From positions 1 to 52,272 of the forward strand of contig JAUCBJ010005579.1 of the NCBI GenBank assembly GCA_032718475.1: a stretch of DNA of 52,272 nt, in the 5' to 3' direction. Below are positions 23,787 to 38,277 of this stretch, piece after piece. A program made the translations under genes and the position numbers. Position 1 is the stretch's first letter; each line of letters starts with the position of its first letter. The notes under the pieces are model-generated. The model was given only the letters and a program-made list of their open reading frames with translations, was not told the DNA's origin and ran no database searches. This DNA comes from Nemertoderma westbladi. Taxonomy: Eukaryota > Animalia > Xenacoelomorpha.

Positions 23787-25496
23787 TTAGGTACCAACCG
23801 GCGTGCGATATGTAGAGAACCGTTTAGCGATCTGTGTATTCGTAATAGCTGGACCGGGTATAGGAATTCTAGTCGTCGTCGACTCGCGTATAGTCGGAGT
23901 CCTCGTCTCCTGTTCGGCCTTCTGCTGTGCGAACAGTTCTCGCAACTCAGTACCTACACTCGCCCCACATTCTTCGATCATTCGCATCCCCTCCTCGGCG
24001 ATTTAATTCGCCTTCCTGGTCCATTCTTCGCTCTCTAGGTTTAGTCTCGCACTTTCCAACTGCGCCAACTTACGTTGTTCTTCTTCCCTCGCTCGTCTCG
24101 CTGCGCTCTCTTCTTCCAATCGCGCCTTCTCTTCGTATAGCGCGCGTCGCTCTTTCTCGATCTCGAGTTCTCGGTCCTTGCGTTCGCGTTCGAGCTGGAG
24201 TTCGCGCTCCTTCGCGTTCGAGTTCCTTCCGTTCACATTCGCACTCGAGTTGGAGTTCCTTCTCTTCGCGCTCAAGTTGAAGTTCCTTTTCTTCGCGTTC
24301 GCGCTCAAGTTGGAATTCACGTTCTTCCTGTTTGCGTTCGGCTTGCTCACGCTTACTTATGTCTTCCAACTCTCGCAGCTTCGCATCTAACTTACGTGTG
24401 CGCTCCCGTTCCCGTTCGGCCTCCTTCCGTGCTTCCGATGCATGCAAAACCTCTGCCTGTTGTTCGTCTAGTCGGCGTCTTCTCTCCTCCGCCGAATTGT
24501 GAGAAACAAGGGATCTAGCGCATATAACCTTCCCTCTTGCGTGACTAACCTAAGAATCGCCGCTGTCTCTAGATGCGTCATCGGGTGGAGTTAACTTCCT
24601 CTGTTGGATGTTCTCCGTCGTCGGTAGCACCTGACCCGGTACCACCACTCCACTCTGCATCAACCAGCTGGTGACTTCCCTCTGATACTTTTGCTCTTCT
24701 TTGTCTTGGGTCTCTTCCCGATCCACAAAGTTCCTCGACTCTGTGTCACTCACCTGAGTCGCTTGCGCTTGTGATGCCCATAGCAACCAGTTCTCCGTCC
24801 AAACTCGTCGGAATCGCTCCGATAACACGCGGTGTTCTAACAAAGCCGCTAAAGCCCTGTCGTAAACCCTCGTCGCTACGTCGCTCGACTGAGACTCCAC
24901 TGCTCTCTTCGCTAGGACTGCAAGCTCCTCCGTCTGCTGGAATAATGCTGAGTTGTATCCCTTTCTAACCTCTACTAACCCTTCCCTTCCGATGTTACCA
25001 GAGTCGGCTAGCATCTTTCTTACCTTATCCGCCGTCCGGGTTATATGCCGGCATGTGCGCGAAGTTTCTTTTTTATCGCGGTGTCCAACTCTCTCTCGCT
25101 TACCTGACTTACACTCGGTGGGCTTGAAGGATTATTACGGGAACTATGGGTACTCCTTACAGCCGCTGGGGCCACGGCACTTACCATACCCACAGGTCTG
25201 GAAACCGGGCTCCGGGGTCTCGCTTTTGCTACACTACCTTCCCTATCACTCACCTGTGGCCGGGCTGCTGTGCAATCCTTCTTTACAGTAGTGGTAGGGG
25301 ATCCTAATACTATTACTTCACCTGGCTCATCCTCACTGGTTACTGTCTCGTCCTCCTGTTCACTTACGTCAGCGTCACTCGCTGCGTCGTCATAGTTGGC
25401 ATTGTCGTCAACAGTTATATTAACGCTATCGTCAGTCGGCGGTCCAGCCGCCGTCTCATAGCTGTCCTCTAGTGCCTCCTTCTCTGAGACACTCAT
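23787..25496 (-). pseudogene. 5'-most ORF of the BEL element: acidic N-terminus and E/R/K-rich coiled coil, frameshifted
   Basis: Consecutive fragments 25496-25041, 25014-24550, 24447-24070/24350-24003 and 23987-23787; ELQLERE repeats. Confidence 0.7.
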
Positions 25497-26490
25497 AGTC
25501 TAAGTAATATTTTGCCTTCCGGCTAAAATCTCGCAAAATTCGATATATATATAATTTAATCGAAAAAACGGTTAAATTAGTAATTAGTAATAATTAGTTG
25601 GTCTCAAAATGTCAAATTAATTCGCAATATAATATTGTGAATTTAATAGGATATAGTTATAGCAAATACCAGTACAATATTTAAACAAAAATATTATTCT
25701 ATAGCTATTATATAGCATTTAAATACCGGTATGACACAAAATAGTTTCTGAATCTAATTCAAAATATTCAAAAAATGAATTAGTCACCCAAATATTTCTA
25801 ATTTTATATATAGCTCTAATTGATATAATTTTAATTTCAAATATTATATGTATTCACTAGCGCGTGGCTACACCTTCGGGTTGCGACACTCTCATCTCTC
25901 TCTCTAACTTGAGCGATTCAAAAAACCATGGCCAGCTAAACCTAACTATCCTAACTAATAAATTGAGTTCAGCTTCGCAGTTAAACAACCGGTAATTTTT
26001 TACTGCTTCCACAAATACAATGGTGCCAACAGAACAACTAACCTTGTTTGCTATGAGATTGCACGTCCGCGTCCAAACTTTCAGGCTCTTCGCTGATTGC
26101 AAACCGAACCCGCAAGCCCACACAAACCCCAAACTCAGAAGCTCCGTCTTGCCATGTATCTCCAGATGGTATAAAACAACTAAGCGGTTATCTAACATAC
26201 TGGTACAAAACCTCTAGATTTTATTATAAAATAACTAATGAACTGCTGTATTTGAGATTAGTAAACGCACTACTGTATATCTCACTGTACGCAGTACAGC
26301 AAGTAAAACAGTACACTAACCTAACAGCCTAAGTGAACACACTGTATGTCTTACTGTACGTAGTACTGCAGAACAAAATATCGTTTTCTACTGTTCGCAG
26401 TACAGCAAGTCAGCCTAATGTACTACTGTATTGCGACTAGTGAATACACTCTTTACTGTTGCAAGCAACAGCAAATATCACGTGTTCTAC

Positions 26491-27742
26491 TGTTAAAACA
26501 GGGGCGATCAGGAGCGCGTTATTACTACTGTACTACTGCTAAACACAAAACCGCTACTCACCGCTGGATGGCGCTAACCTGCCATCCGCTAATATATTTT
26601 ACTAATTTTATACGGCTCCTGCAAATCGCTTGTTCCTTTCTCTACCGATCACTCGATAGAGAGCTAACTGTTCGAATCTATGAGCCACACGGGAATAACC
26701 AAAACAATAAACCCAAGACGGCTCCCTAGGCTACTTAAAACGAGTGTGGGAGAGGTTTACACTCAGAGTGTATTCTTATCGCCTAATCTTACTGTTAAAA
26801 ACACGCAAATAAACGCGTCCTTTCTAATCGCAAATACTGGGGTTCCCTAACGGAATATATGAATGTGAGAATCTTTAAAATAACTCAAAGTGTGACAGAA
26901 TGTCCTACCGGGACTGGTACTACGCATCTAAACTTGTCTTCGGCTGGCTTTAGGCCAGCAACCTACTACTGCGTACTGGATACTGCTATCTAGCTTATTG
27001 TCCGCTATTTTCAAATAACCGCCCAGCGTGAATAGTTTACAGTACTCCAAATAATTACCTTAACTACTCTCCGCTATGCTGCGTACAAATTCTTAATTTT
27101 ACTAATTAATTACATGATTACAATTAACTAATTAATATATGAAACAGCGTACGAATTACTAAGTGTTCCAGAATGCGCAATTCTAATTTATTACGCACGA
27201 GGTTACACTAGTAACAGCCTAAATACCGTATTATTTTGGCCTAATCAGTAATTATTTATCGTAAACTAAGAAATAGAAATCAATCAAGGGAAAAGGGCGC
27301 CTATCTAAGCATTCATAATTTAATCAGGCACACTTTAGCAATACACAAATCAGCGTAACAATCAATAGCCAATACTTAACAGTTAGCAGTTCTCAATGTA
27401 CAGTTTGCAGTGTAGAACACAAAGGCCTCTCCCAGATACATACAGGCTTCCTAACTAACCTAATTCCTGCCCCCCTAACACTACAAAATAGAGACAAAAT
27501 CTGGATTGTCAGCCCCCTAATTACTGTACCGGCGACTAGACTTCCGTCTACACTGCTAGCCTTCCGACCGCAACGGTGATCCCCCGCCAGCGTTGCTCGC
27601 ATTTGAATCCTCTGCACTCCCTTCGTCGCTACCCCTCGGTGCGCCCGCCGCGCCTACCGGTACCTTAGCCCTCCATTAGAATGAATAGCTACCGTAACGG
27701 CGCATGCAATCACAAACAGTCTGACAGTCTAAAGAAAATCCC
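26491..27742 (-). repeat. 5' LTR of the BEL element, missing ~770 bp of its outer (promoter) end
   Basis: Identity to the other LTR stops at AAAGAAAATCCC (27742, equivalent to 10594), then EGF-array intron sequence follows. No terminal CA or TSD. Confidence 0.92.
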
Positions 27743-27861
27743 ATAATAAACTAATCTCATAATAAACTATATCAATTAGTACTAAGCATTTAATGTATTT
27801 TATAATTTAGTTTCATGATGGAAAAGTTAAGAAATATATTCACATTTATTATATGCTTTAG

Positions 27862-30800
27862 ATTTTAATGAATGCCAGAATGGAAGTCATAATTGCAATA
27901 GTAATGCAAACTGCACAAATGTTGATGGAGGATTCGAGTGTGCTTGCAATTCAGGATATTCTGGGGATGGCTTATCTTGCGCTGGTAAGATAATCTCATA
28001 ACCTGAATCAAATACTAAGTCTAGAATGTAATTTGCAATTGAGATATAACAATAGAACTGTTAAGAATATAATTGTATTTACTTGCTTTAGATATTGATG
28101 AATGTCAGAATGGTACTCATAATTGCAATAGTAATGCAAACTGTACAAATATTGTTGGATCATTTGTTTGTGCTTGCAATTCAGGATATTCTGGCACTGG
28201 CTTATCTTGCACTGGCAAGCTAATCTCATAACCTGAATCAAATACTAAGTCTAGAATGTAATTTGCAATTGAGATATAACAATAGAACTGTTAAGAATAT
28301 AATTGTATTTACTTGCTTTAGATATTGATGAATGTCAGAATGGTACTCATAATTGCAATAGTAATGCAAACTGTACAAATATTGTTGGATCATTTGTTTG
28401 TGCTTGCAATTCAGGATATTCTGGCACTGGCTTATCTTGCACTGGTAAGCTAATCTCATAACCTGAATCAAATACTAAGTCTAGAATGTATTTTACATTT
28501 GAGATATAACAATGGAACTGTTAAGAATATAATTGTATTTATTTGCTTTAGATATTGATGAATGTCGGAATGGTAGTCATAATTGCCATAGTAGTGCAAA
28601 CTGTACAAATGTTGAAGGAGCATTCATGTGTACTTGCAATTCAGGATATTCTGGTGATGGCATCTTTTGCACTGGTAAGCTAATCTCATAATAAACCAAT
28701 TCAAATAGGAAGTATATATTGTTTTTTACAATTAATTGCGTTTCAGCATTGAAATAGTTTGTGGATGGATGTAATTTTTCATCTCTTATATACCTTAGAT
28801 GACAATGAATGCCATAATGGAACTCACAATTGTCACAATAATGCTAGCTGCACAAATAATGATGGTGGATTTACATGCACATGCAAACCAGGTTATTCTG
28901 GTAATGGTGTATCATGCACAGGTATGCTAATTCCATAATATTTCAAGTTCAATAATGCAGAATATAAATAATTTTCCATAAATTTTCATAGTTGCACACA
29001 GTTATCTACCATGTCAAATATCAATTTATCTGATACTATTTAATAATAATACTAAACCTATAATATACATCGAATGCTAATGTAAATATATTTTTGTTGA
29101 TCTAGATGATGATGAATGTTATAGTGGTATTCATAATTGCCATAAAAATGCTAGTTGTACAAATGTTGCCGGTGGATTCATATGCGAATGTAATTCAGGC
29201 TTTTCTGGTGATGGTGTAACTTGTGCTGGTAAGCTAGCCACTTATTTCTAGAAAATCCAATAGCTATTATTAGTAAATTAGCAATTCTGATATCGAAAAT
29301 GACTCAACCCGAATATGAAATGAGTACTAAATTTCATACCATAGGAAATGTTTCCTTAGATTTCATTATTAATAAATTATTTATACATATATTTTACAGA
29401 TCATGATGAATGTAGATTAGATACACACAACTGTCATCAAAATGCCAACTGTTCTAATACCTATGGTTGGTTTGTTTGTATCTGCATGTCTGGATATAGT
29501 GGGGATGGAATAAATACCTGTTCAGGTAGTACTCTATTATTTTAGAATTTCAGTAATATTTTATATGTTTTAATAATATTATAGATTCAATAAAAATATA
29601 AAATAAACAGGACTATGGAGGAACAACTCTATAACAATTGTATCAAAAGAATTACATTTATTATCCTTTGAAATAATTTAAAGTTGTTAATATAATATAG
29701 TCCAATTTAATTATAAATATATTTCAGTCTTATTTAAATATGTTTAAAATATTATACTTTATTAACACACAATAAATTATATATTTAAATTTTTTTAATA
29801 CATTATCTTTTATTACAAATTTTTTTAATACATTATCGTTTATTACAAATTTTAATATCATTATTTTAATATAACAGTTTGTGTAAAAGTAATATTTCAT
29901 GTAAATATATTATAAAACCCATGATTATTCTAAAATAATTGGTTTAATGTAATATTAATTTGCATTTATAATATGCTTTAGATGTTGATGAATGTCAAAC
30001 TGGTTCTCATAATTGCGATAGCAATGCAAACTGTACAAATAATGATGGAGGATTCTTGTGTGCTTGCAATTCAGGATATTCTGGTGATGGCTTACAATGC
30101 TCTGGTAATAATCTAATCTCATAATAAACTATATCAATTAGTACTAAGCATATAATGTATTTTATAATTTAGTTTCATGATGGGAAAAGTTAAGAAATAT
30201 ATTCACATTTATTATATGCTTTAGATTTTAATGAATGCCAGAATGGAAGTCATAATTGCAATAGTAATGCAAACTGCACAAATGTTGATGGAGGATTCGA
30301 GTGTGCTTGCAATTCAGGATATTCTGGGGATGGCTTATCTTGCGCTGGTAAGCTAATCTCATAACCTGAATCAAATACTAAGTCTAGAATGTAATTTGCA
30401 ATTAAGATATAACAATAGAACTGTTAAGAATATAATTGTATTTATTTGCTTTAGATATTGATGAATGTCAGAATGGTACTCATAATTGCAATAGTAATGC
30501 AAACTGTACAAATATTGTTGGATCATTTGTTTGTGCTTGCAATTCAGGATATTCTGGCACTGGCTTATCTTGCACTGGCAAGCTAATCTCATAACCTGAA
30601 TCAAATACTAAGTCTAGAATGTAATTGGCAATTGAGAAATAACAATAGAACTGTTAAGAATATAATTGTATGTATTTGCTTTAGATATTGATGAATGTCA
30701 GAATGGTACTCATAATTGTCATAGTAATGCAAACTGTGCAAATGTTGATGGAGGATTCGAGTGTGATTGCAATTTAGGATATTCTGGGGATGGCTTATCA

Positions 30801-33800
30801 TGCACTGGTAAGTTAATCTCATAATAATATCCATCAATTACTAAGCCTAAAAAGTATTTTTGTAAATTAGTTTTAATATTGAAAAGTTTACTATTAAATT
30901 TGTATATATTATATGCTTTATAGATGTTGATGAATGTCAAACTGGTTCTCATAATTGTCATAGTAAAGCAAACTGTGCAAATGTTGATGGAGGATTTGAG
31001 TGTGCTTGTAATTCAGGATATTCTGGCACTGGCTTATCTTGCACTGGTAAGCTAATCTCATAACCTGAATCAATTACTAATTCTAGAATGTATTTTACAT
31101 TTGAGATGCAACAATGGAACTGTTAAGAATATAATTGTATTTATTTGCTTTAGATATTGATGAATGTCAGAATGGTACTCATAATTGCCATAGTAGTGCA
31201 AACTGTACAAATAATGATGGAGGATTCTTGTGTGCTTGCAATTCAGGATATTCTGGTGATGGCTTACAATGCTCTGGTAATAATCTAATCTCATAATAAA
31301 CTATATCAATTAGTACTAAGCATATAATGTATTTTATAATATAGTTTCATGATGGGAAAAGTTAAGAAATATATTCACATTTATTATATGCTTTAGATTT
31401 TAATGAATGCCAGAATGGAAGTCATAATTGCAATAGTAATGCAAACTGTACAAATATTGTTGGATCATTTGTTTGTGCTTGCAATTCAGGATATTCTGGC
31501 AATGGCTTATCTTGCACTGGCAAGCTAATCTCATAACCTGAATCAATTACTAAGTCTAGAATGTAATTTGCAATTGAGATATAACAATAGAACTGTTAAG
31601 AATATAATTGTATTTATTTGCTTTAGATATTGATGAATGTCAGAATGGTACTCATAATTGTCATAGTAATGCAAACTGTGCAAATGTTGATGGAGGATTC
31701 GAGTGTGATTGCAATTTAGGATATTCTGGGGATGGCTTATCATGCACTGGTAAGTTAATCTCATAATAATATCCATCAATTACTAAGCCTAAAAAGTATT
31801 TTTGTAAATTAGTTTTAATATTGAAAAGTTTACTATTAAATTTGTATATATTATATGCTTTATAGATGTTGATGAATGTCAAACTGGTTCTCATAATTGT
31901 CATAGTAAGGCAAACTGTGCAAATGTTGATGGAGGATTTGAGTGTGCTTGTAATTCAGGATATTCTGGCACTGGCTTATCTTGCACTGGTAAGCTAATCT
32001 CATAACCTGAATCAATTACTAATTCTAGAATGTATTTTACATTTGAGATGCAACAATGGAACTGTTAAGAATATAATTGTATTTATTTGCTTTAGATATT
32101 GATGAATGTCAGAATGGTACTCATAATTGCCATAGTAGTGCAAACTGTACAAATGTTGAAGGAGCATTCATGTGTACTTGCAATTCAGGATATTCTGGTG
32201 ATGGCATCTTTTGCACTGGTAAGCTAATCTCATAATAAACCAATTCAAATAGGAAGTATATATTGTTTTTTACAATTAATTGCGTTTCAGCATTGAAATA
32301 GTTTGTGGATGGGTGTAATTTTTAATTTCTTATATACCTTAGATGATAATGAATGCCATAATGGAACTCACAATTGTCACAATAATGCTAGCTGCACAAA
32401 TAATGATGGTGGATTTACATGCACATGCAAACCAGGTTATTCTGGTAATGGTGTATCATGCACAGGTATGCTAATTCCATAATATTTCAAGTTCAATAAT
32501 GCAAAATATAAATAATTTTCCATAAATTTTCATAGTTGCACACAGTTATCTACCATGTCAAATATCAATTTATCTGATACTATTCAATAATAATACTAAA
32601 CCTATAATATACATCGAATGCTAATGTAAATATATTTTTGTTGATCTAGATGATGATGAATGTTATAGTGGTATTCATAATTGCCATAAAAATGCTAGTT
32701 GCACAAATGTTGCCGGTGGATTTATATGCGAATGTAATTCAGGCTTTTCTGGTGATGGTGTAACTTGTGCTGGTAAGCTAGCCACTTATTTCTAGAAAAT
32801 CCAATAGCTATTATTAGTAAATTAGCAATTCTGATATCGAAAATGACTCAACCCGAAAATGAAATGAGTACTAAATTTCATACCATGGGAATTGTTTCCT
32901 TAGATTTCATTATTAATAAATTATTTATACATATATTTTACAGATCATGATGAATGTAGATTAGATACACACAACTGTCATCAAAATGCCAACTGTTCTA
33001 ATACCTATGGTTGGTTTGTTTGTATCTGCATGTCTGGATATAGTGGGGATGGAATAAATACCTGTTCAGGTAGTACTCTATTATTTTAGAATTTCAGCAA
33101 TATTTTATATGTTTTAATAATATTATAGATTAGATAAAAATATAAAATAAATAGGACTATGGATGAACAACTCTATAACAATTGAATCAAATTATTTTAA
33201 TTTATTATCCTTTGAAATACTTTAAAGTTGTTAATATAATATAGTCCAATTTAATTATAAATATATTTCAGTCTTATTTAAATATGTTTAAAATATTATA
33301 CGTTATTAACACACAATAAATTATATATTTAAATTTTTTTAATACATTATCTTTTATTACAAATTTTTTTAATACATTATCGTTTATTACAAATTTTAAT
33401 ATCATTATTTTAATATAACAGTTTGTGTATAAGTAATATTTCATGTAAATATATTATAAAAACCATGATTATTATAAAATAATTGGTTTAATGTAATATT
33501 AATTTGCATTTATAATATGCTTTAGATGTTGATGAATGTCAAACTGGTTCTCATAATTGCGATAGCAATGCAAACTGTACAAATAATGATGGAGGATTCT
33601 TGTGTGCTTGCAATTCAGGATATTCTGGTGATGGCTTACAATGCTCTGGTAATAATCTAATCTCATAATAAACTATATCAATTAGTACTAAGCATATAAT
33701 GTATTTTATAATTTAGTTTCATGATGGGAAAAGTTAAGAAATATATTCACATTTATTATATGCTTTAGATTTTAATGAATGCCAGAATGGAAGTCATAAT

Positions 33801-36800
33801 TGCAATAGTAATGCAAACTGCACAAATGTTGATGGAGGATTCGAGTGTGCTTGCAATTCAGGATATTCTGGGGATGGCTTATCTTGCGCTGGTAAGCTAA
33901 TCTCATAACCTGAATCAAATACTAAGTCTAGAATGTAATTTGCAATTAAGATATAACAATATAACTGTTAAGAATATAATTGTACTTATTTGCTTTAGAT
34001 ATTGATGAATGTCAGAATGGTACTCATAATTGCAATAGTAATGCAAACTGTACAAATATTGTTGGATCATTTGTTTGTGCTTGCAATTCAGGATATTCTG
34101 GCACTGGCTTATCTTGCACTGGCAAGCTAATCTCATAACCTGAATCAAATACTAAGTCTAGAATGTAATTGGCAATTGAGAAATAACAATAGAACTGTTA
34201 AGAATATAATTGTATGTATTTGCTTTAGATATTGATGAATGTCAGAATGGTACTCATAATTGTCATAGTAATGCAAACTGTGCAAATGTTGATGGAGGAT
34301 TCGAGTGTGATTGCAATTTAGGATATTCTGGGGATGGCTTATCATGCACTGGTAAGTTAATCTCATAATAATATCCATCAATTACTAAGCCTAAAAAGTA
34401 TTTTTGTAAATTAGTTTTAATATTGAAAAGTTTACTATTAAATTTGTATATATTATATGCTTTATAGATGTTGATGAATGTCAAACTGGTTCTCATAATT
34501 GTCATAGTAAGGCAAACTGTGCAAATGTTGATGGAGGATTTGAGTGTGCTTGTAATTCAGGATATTCTGGCACTGGCTTATCTTGCACTGGTAAGCTAAT
34601 CTCATAACCTGAATCAATTACTAATTCTAGAATGTATTTTACATTTGAGATGCAACAATGGAACTGTTAAGAATATAATTGTATTTATTTGCTTTAGATA
34701 TTGATGAATGTCAGAATGGTACTCATAATTGCCATAGTAGTGCAAACTGTACAAATGTTGAAGGAGCATTCATGTGTACTTGCAATTCAGGATATTCTGG
34801 TGATGGCATCTTTTGCACTGGTAAGCTAATCTCATAATAAACCAATTCAAATAGGAAGTATATATTGTTTTTTGCAATTAATTTCGTTTCAGCATTGAAA
34901 TAGTTTGTGGATGGGTGTAATTTTAAATTTCTTATATACCTTAGATGATAATGAATGCCATAATGGAACTCACAATTGTCACAATAATGCTAGCTGCACA
35001 AATAATGATGGTGGATTTACATGCACATGCAAACCAGGTTATTCTGGTAATGGTGTATCATGCACAGGTATGCTAATTCCATAATATTTCAAGTTCAATA
35101 ATGCAAAATATAAATAATTTTCCATAAATTTTCATAGTTGCACACAGTTATCTACCATGTCAAATATCCATTTATCTGATACTATTCAATAATAATACTA
35201 AACCTATAATATACATCGAATGCTAATGTAAATATATTTTTGTTGATCTAGATGATGATGAATGTTATAGTGGTATTCATAATTGCCATAAAAATGCTAG
35301 TTGCACAAATGTTGCCGGTGGATTTATATGCGAATGTAATTCAGGCTTTTCTGGTGATGGTGTAACTTGTGCTGGTAAGCTAGCCACTTATTTCTAGAAA
35401 ATCCAATAGCTATTATTAGTAAATTAGCAATTCTGATATCGAAAATGACTCAACCCGAAAATGAAATGAGTACTAAATTTCATACCATGGGAATTGTTTC
35501 CTTAGATTTCATTATTAATAAATTATTTATACATATATTTTACAGATCATGATGAATGTAGATTAGATACACACAACTGTCATCAAAATGCCAACTGTTC
35601 TAATACCTATGGTTGGTTTGTTTGTATCTGCATGTCTGGATATAGTGGGGATGGAATAAATACCTGTTCAGGTAGTACTCTATTATTTTAGAATTTCAGC
35701 AATATTTTATATGTTTTAATAATATTATAGATTAGATAAAAATATAAAATAAATAGGACTATGGATGAACAACTCTATAACAATTGAATCAAATTATTTT
35801 AATTTATTATCCTTTGAAATACTTTAAAGTTGTTAATATAATATAGTCCAATTTAATTATAAATATATTTCAGTCTTATTTAAATATGTTTAAAATATTA
35901 TACGTTATTAACACACAATAAATTATATATTTAAATTTTTTTAATACATTATCTTTTATTACAAATTTATTTAATACATTATCGTTTATTACAAATTTTA
36001 ATATCATTATTTTAATATAACAGTTTGTGTAAAAGTAATATTTCATGTAAATATATTATAAAAACCATGATTATTATAAAATAATTGGTTTAATGTAATA
36101 TTAATTTGCATTTATAATATGCTTTAGATGTTGATGAATGTCAAACTGGTTCTCATAATTGCGATAGCAATGCAAACTGTACAAATAATGATGGAGGATT
36201 CTTGTGTGCTTGCAATTCAGGATATTCTGGTGATGGCTTACAATGCTCTGGTAATAATCTAATCTCATAATAAACTATATCAATTAGTTAGTACTAAGCA
36301 TATAATGTATTTTATAATTTAGTTTCATGATGGGAAAAGTTAAGAAATATATTCACATTTATTATATGCTTTAGATTTTAATGAATGCCAGAATGGAAGT
36401 CATAATTGCAATAGTAATGCAAACTGCACAAATGTTGATGGAGGATTCGAGTGTGCTTGCAATTCAGGATATTCTGGGGATGGCTTATCTTGCGCTGGTA
36501 AGCTAATCTCATAACCTGAATCAAATACTAAGTCTAGAATGTAATTTGCAATTAAGATATAACAATAGAACTGTTAAGAATATAATTGTACTTATTTGCT
36601 TTAGATATTGATGAATGTCAGAATGGTACTCATAATTGCAATAGTAATGCAAACTGTACAAATATTGTTGGATCATTTGTTTGTGCTTGCAATTCAGGAT
36701 ATTCTGGCACTGGCTTATCTTGCACTGGCAAGCTAATCTCATAACCTGAATCAAATACTAAGTCTAGAATGTAATTGGCAATTGAGAAATAACAATAGAA

Positions 36801-38277
36801 CTGTTAAGAATATAATTGTATGTATTTGCTTTAGATATTGATGAATGTCAGAATGGTACTCATAATTGTCATAGTAATGCAAACTGTGCAAATGTTGATG
36901 GAGGATTCGAGTGTGATTGCAATTTAGGATATTCTGGGGATGGCTCATCATGCACTGGTAAGTTAATCTCATAATAATATCCATCAATTACTAAGCCTAA
37001 AAAGTATTTTTGTAAATTAGTTTTAATATTGAAAAGTTTACTATTAAATTTGTATATATTATATGCTTTATAGATGTTGATGAATGTCAAACTGGTTCTC
37101 ATAATTGTCATAGTAAAGCAAACTGTGCAAATGTTGATGGAGGATTTGAGTGTGCTTGTAATTCAGGATATTCTGGCACTGGCTTATCTTGCACTGGTAA
37201 GCTAATCTCATAACCTGAATCAATTACTAATTCTAGAATGTATTTTACATTTGAGATGCAACAATGGAACTGTTAAGAATATAATTGTATTTATTTGCTT
37301 TAGATATTGATGAATGTCAGAATGGTACTCATAATTGCCATAGTAGTGCAAACTGTACAAATGTTGAAGGAGCATTCATGTGTACTTGCAATTCAGGATA
37401 TTCTGGTGATGGCATCTTTTGCACTGGTAAGCTAATCTCATAATAAACCAATTCAAATAGGAAGTATATATTGTTTTCTACAATTAATTGCGTTTCAGCA
37501 TTGAAATAGTTTGTGGATGGGTGTAATTTTTAATTTCTTATATACCTTAGATGATAATGAATGCCATAATGGAACTCACAATTGTCACAATAATGCTAGC
37601 TGCACAAATAATGATGGTGGATTTACATGCACATGCAAACCAGGTTATTCTGGAAATGGTGTATCATGCACAGGTATGCTAATTCCATAATATTTCAAGT
37701 TCAATAATGCAGAATATAAATAATTTTCCATAAATTTTCATAGTTGCACACAGTTATCTACCATGTCAAATATCAATTTATCTGATACTATTCAATAATA
37801 ATACTAAACCTATAATATACATCGAATGCTAATGTAAATATATTTTTGTTGATCTAGATGATGATGAATGTTATAGTGGTATTCATAATTGCCATAAAAA
37901 TGCTAGTTGCACAAATGTTGCCGGTGGATTTATATGCGAATGTAATTCAGGCTTTTCTGGTGATGGTGTAACTTGTGCTGGTAAGCTAGCCACTTATTTC
38001 TAGAAAATCCAATAGCTATTATTAGTAAATTAGCAATTCTGATATCGAAAATGACTCAACCCGAAAATGAAATGAGTACTAAATTTCATACCATGGGAAT
38101 TGTTTCCTTAGATTTCATTATTAATAAATTATTTATACATATATTTTACAGATCATGATGAATGTAGATTAGATACACACAATTGTCATGAAAATGCCAA
38201 CTGTTCTAATACATATGGTTGGTTTGTTTGTATCTGCATGTCTGGATATAGTGGGGATGGAATAAATACCTGTTCAG
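27862..38277 (+). CDS. Calcium-binding EGF exon array, middle block (38 exons), fibrillin-like extracellular protein
   Basis: 123/126-bp phase-1 exons with six Cys and the D-x-D/N-E-C...C-x-N-x-x-G-x-F consensus. 9-exon unit with ~2.6 kb period (DHDEC exons at 29400, 32944, 35546, 38152). Confidence 0.92.

Larger units (their letters stand above)
7030..27742 (-). mobile_element. BEL/Pao LTR retrotransposon, decayed, with accessory ORF; 5' LTR truncated
   Basis: Direct LTRs start TGTTAAAACAGGGGCG at 7030 and 26491. Minus-strand gag (DUF1759-like, three BEL-type Cys/His knuckles), then PR-RT-RNaseH-IN with Pao-type motifs (LHLFSDAS, PRAELQAA, NPADITSRG, TGVDCFGP, WERLVRS). Confidence 0.97.

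Noticed and set aside
23286-24038. 250-aa plus-strand ORF inside the BEL element
   Set aside because: No recognisable domain; H/T/P-rich composition follows the local C/A skew, and it partly overlaps the sense ORF.
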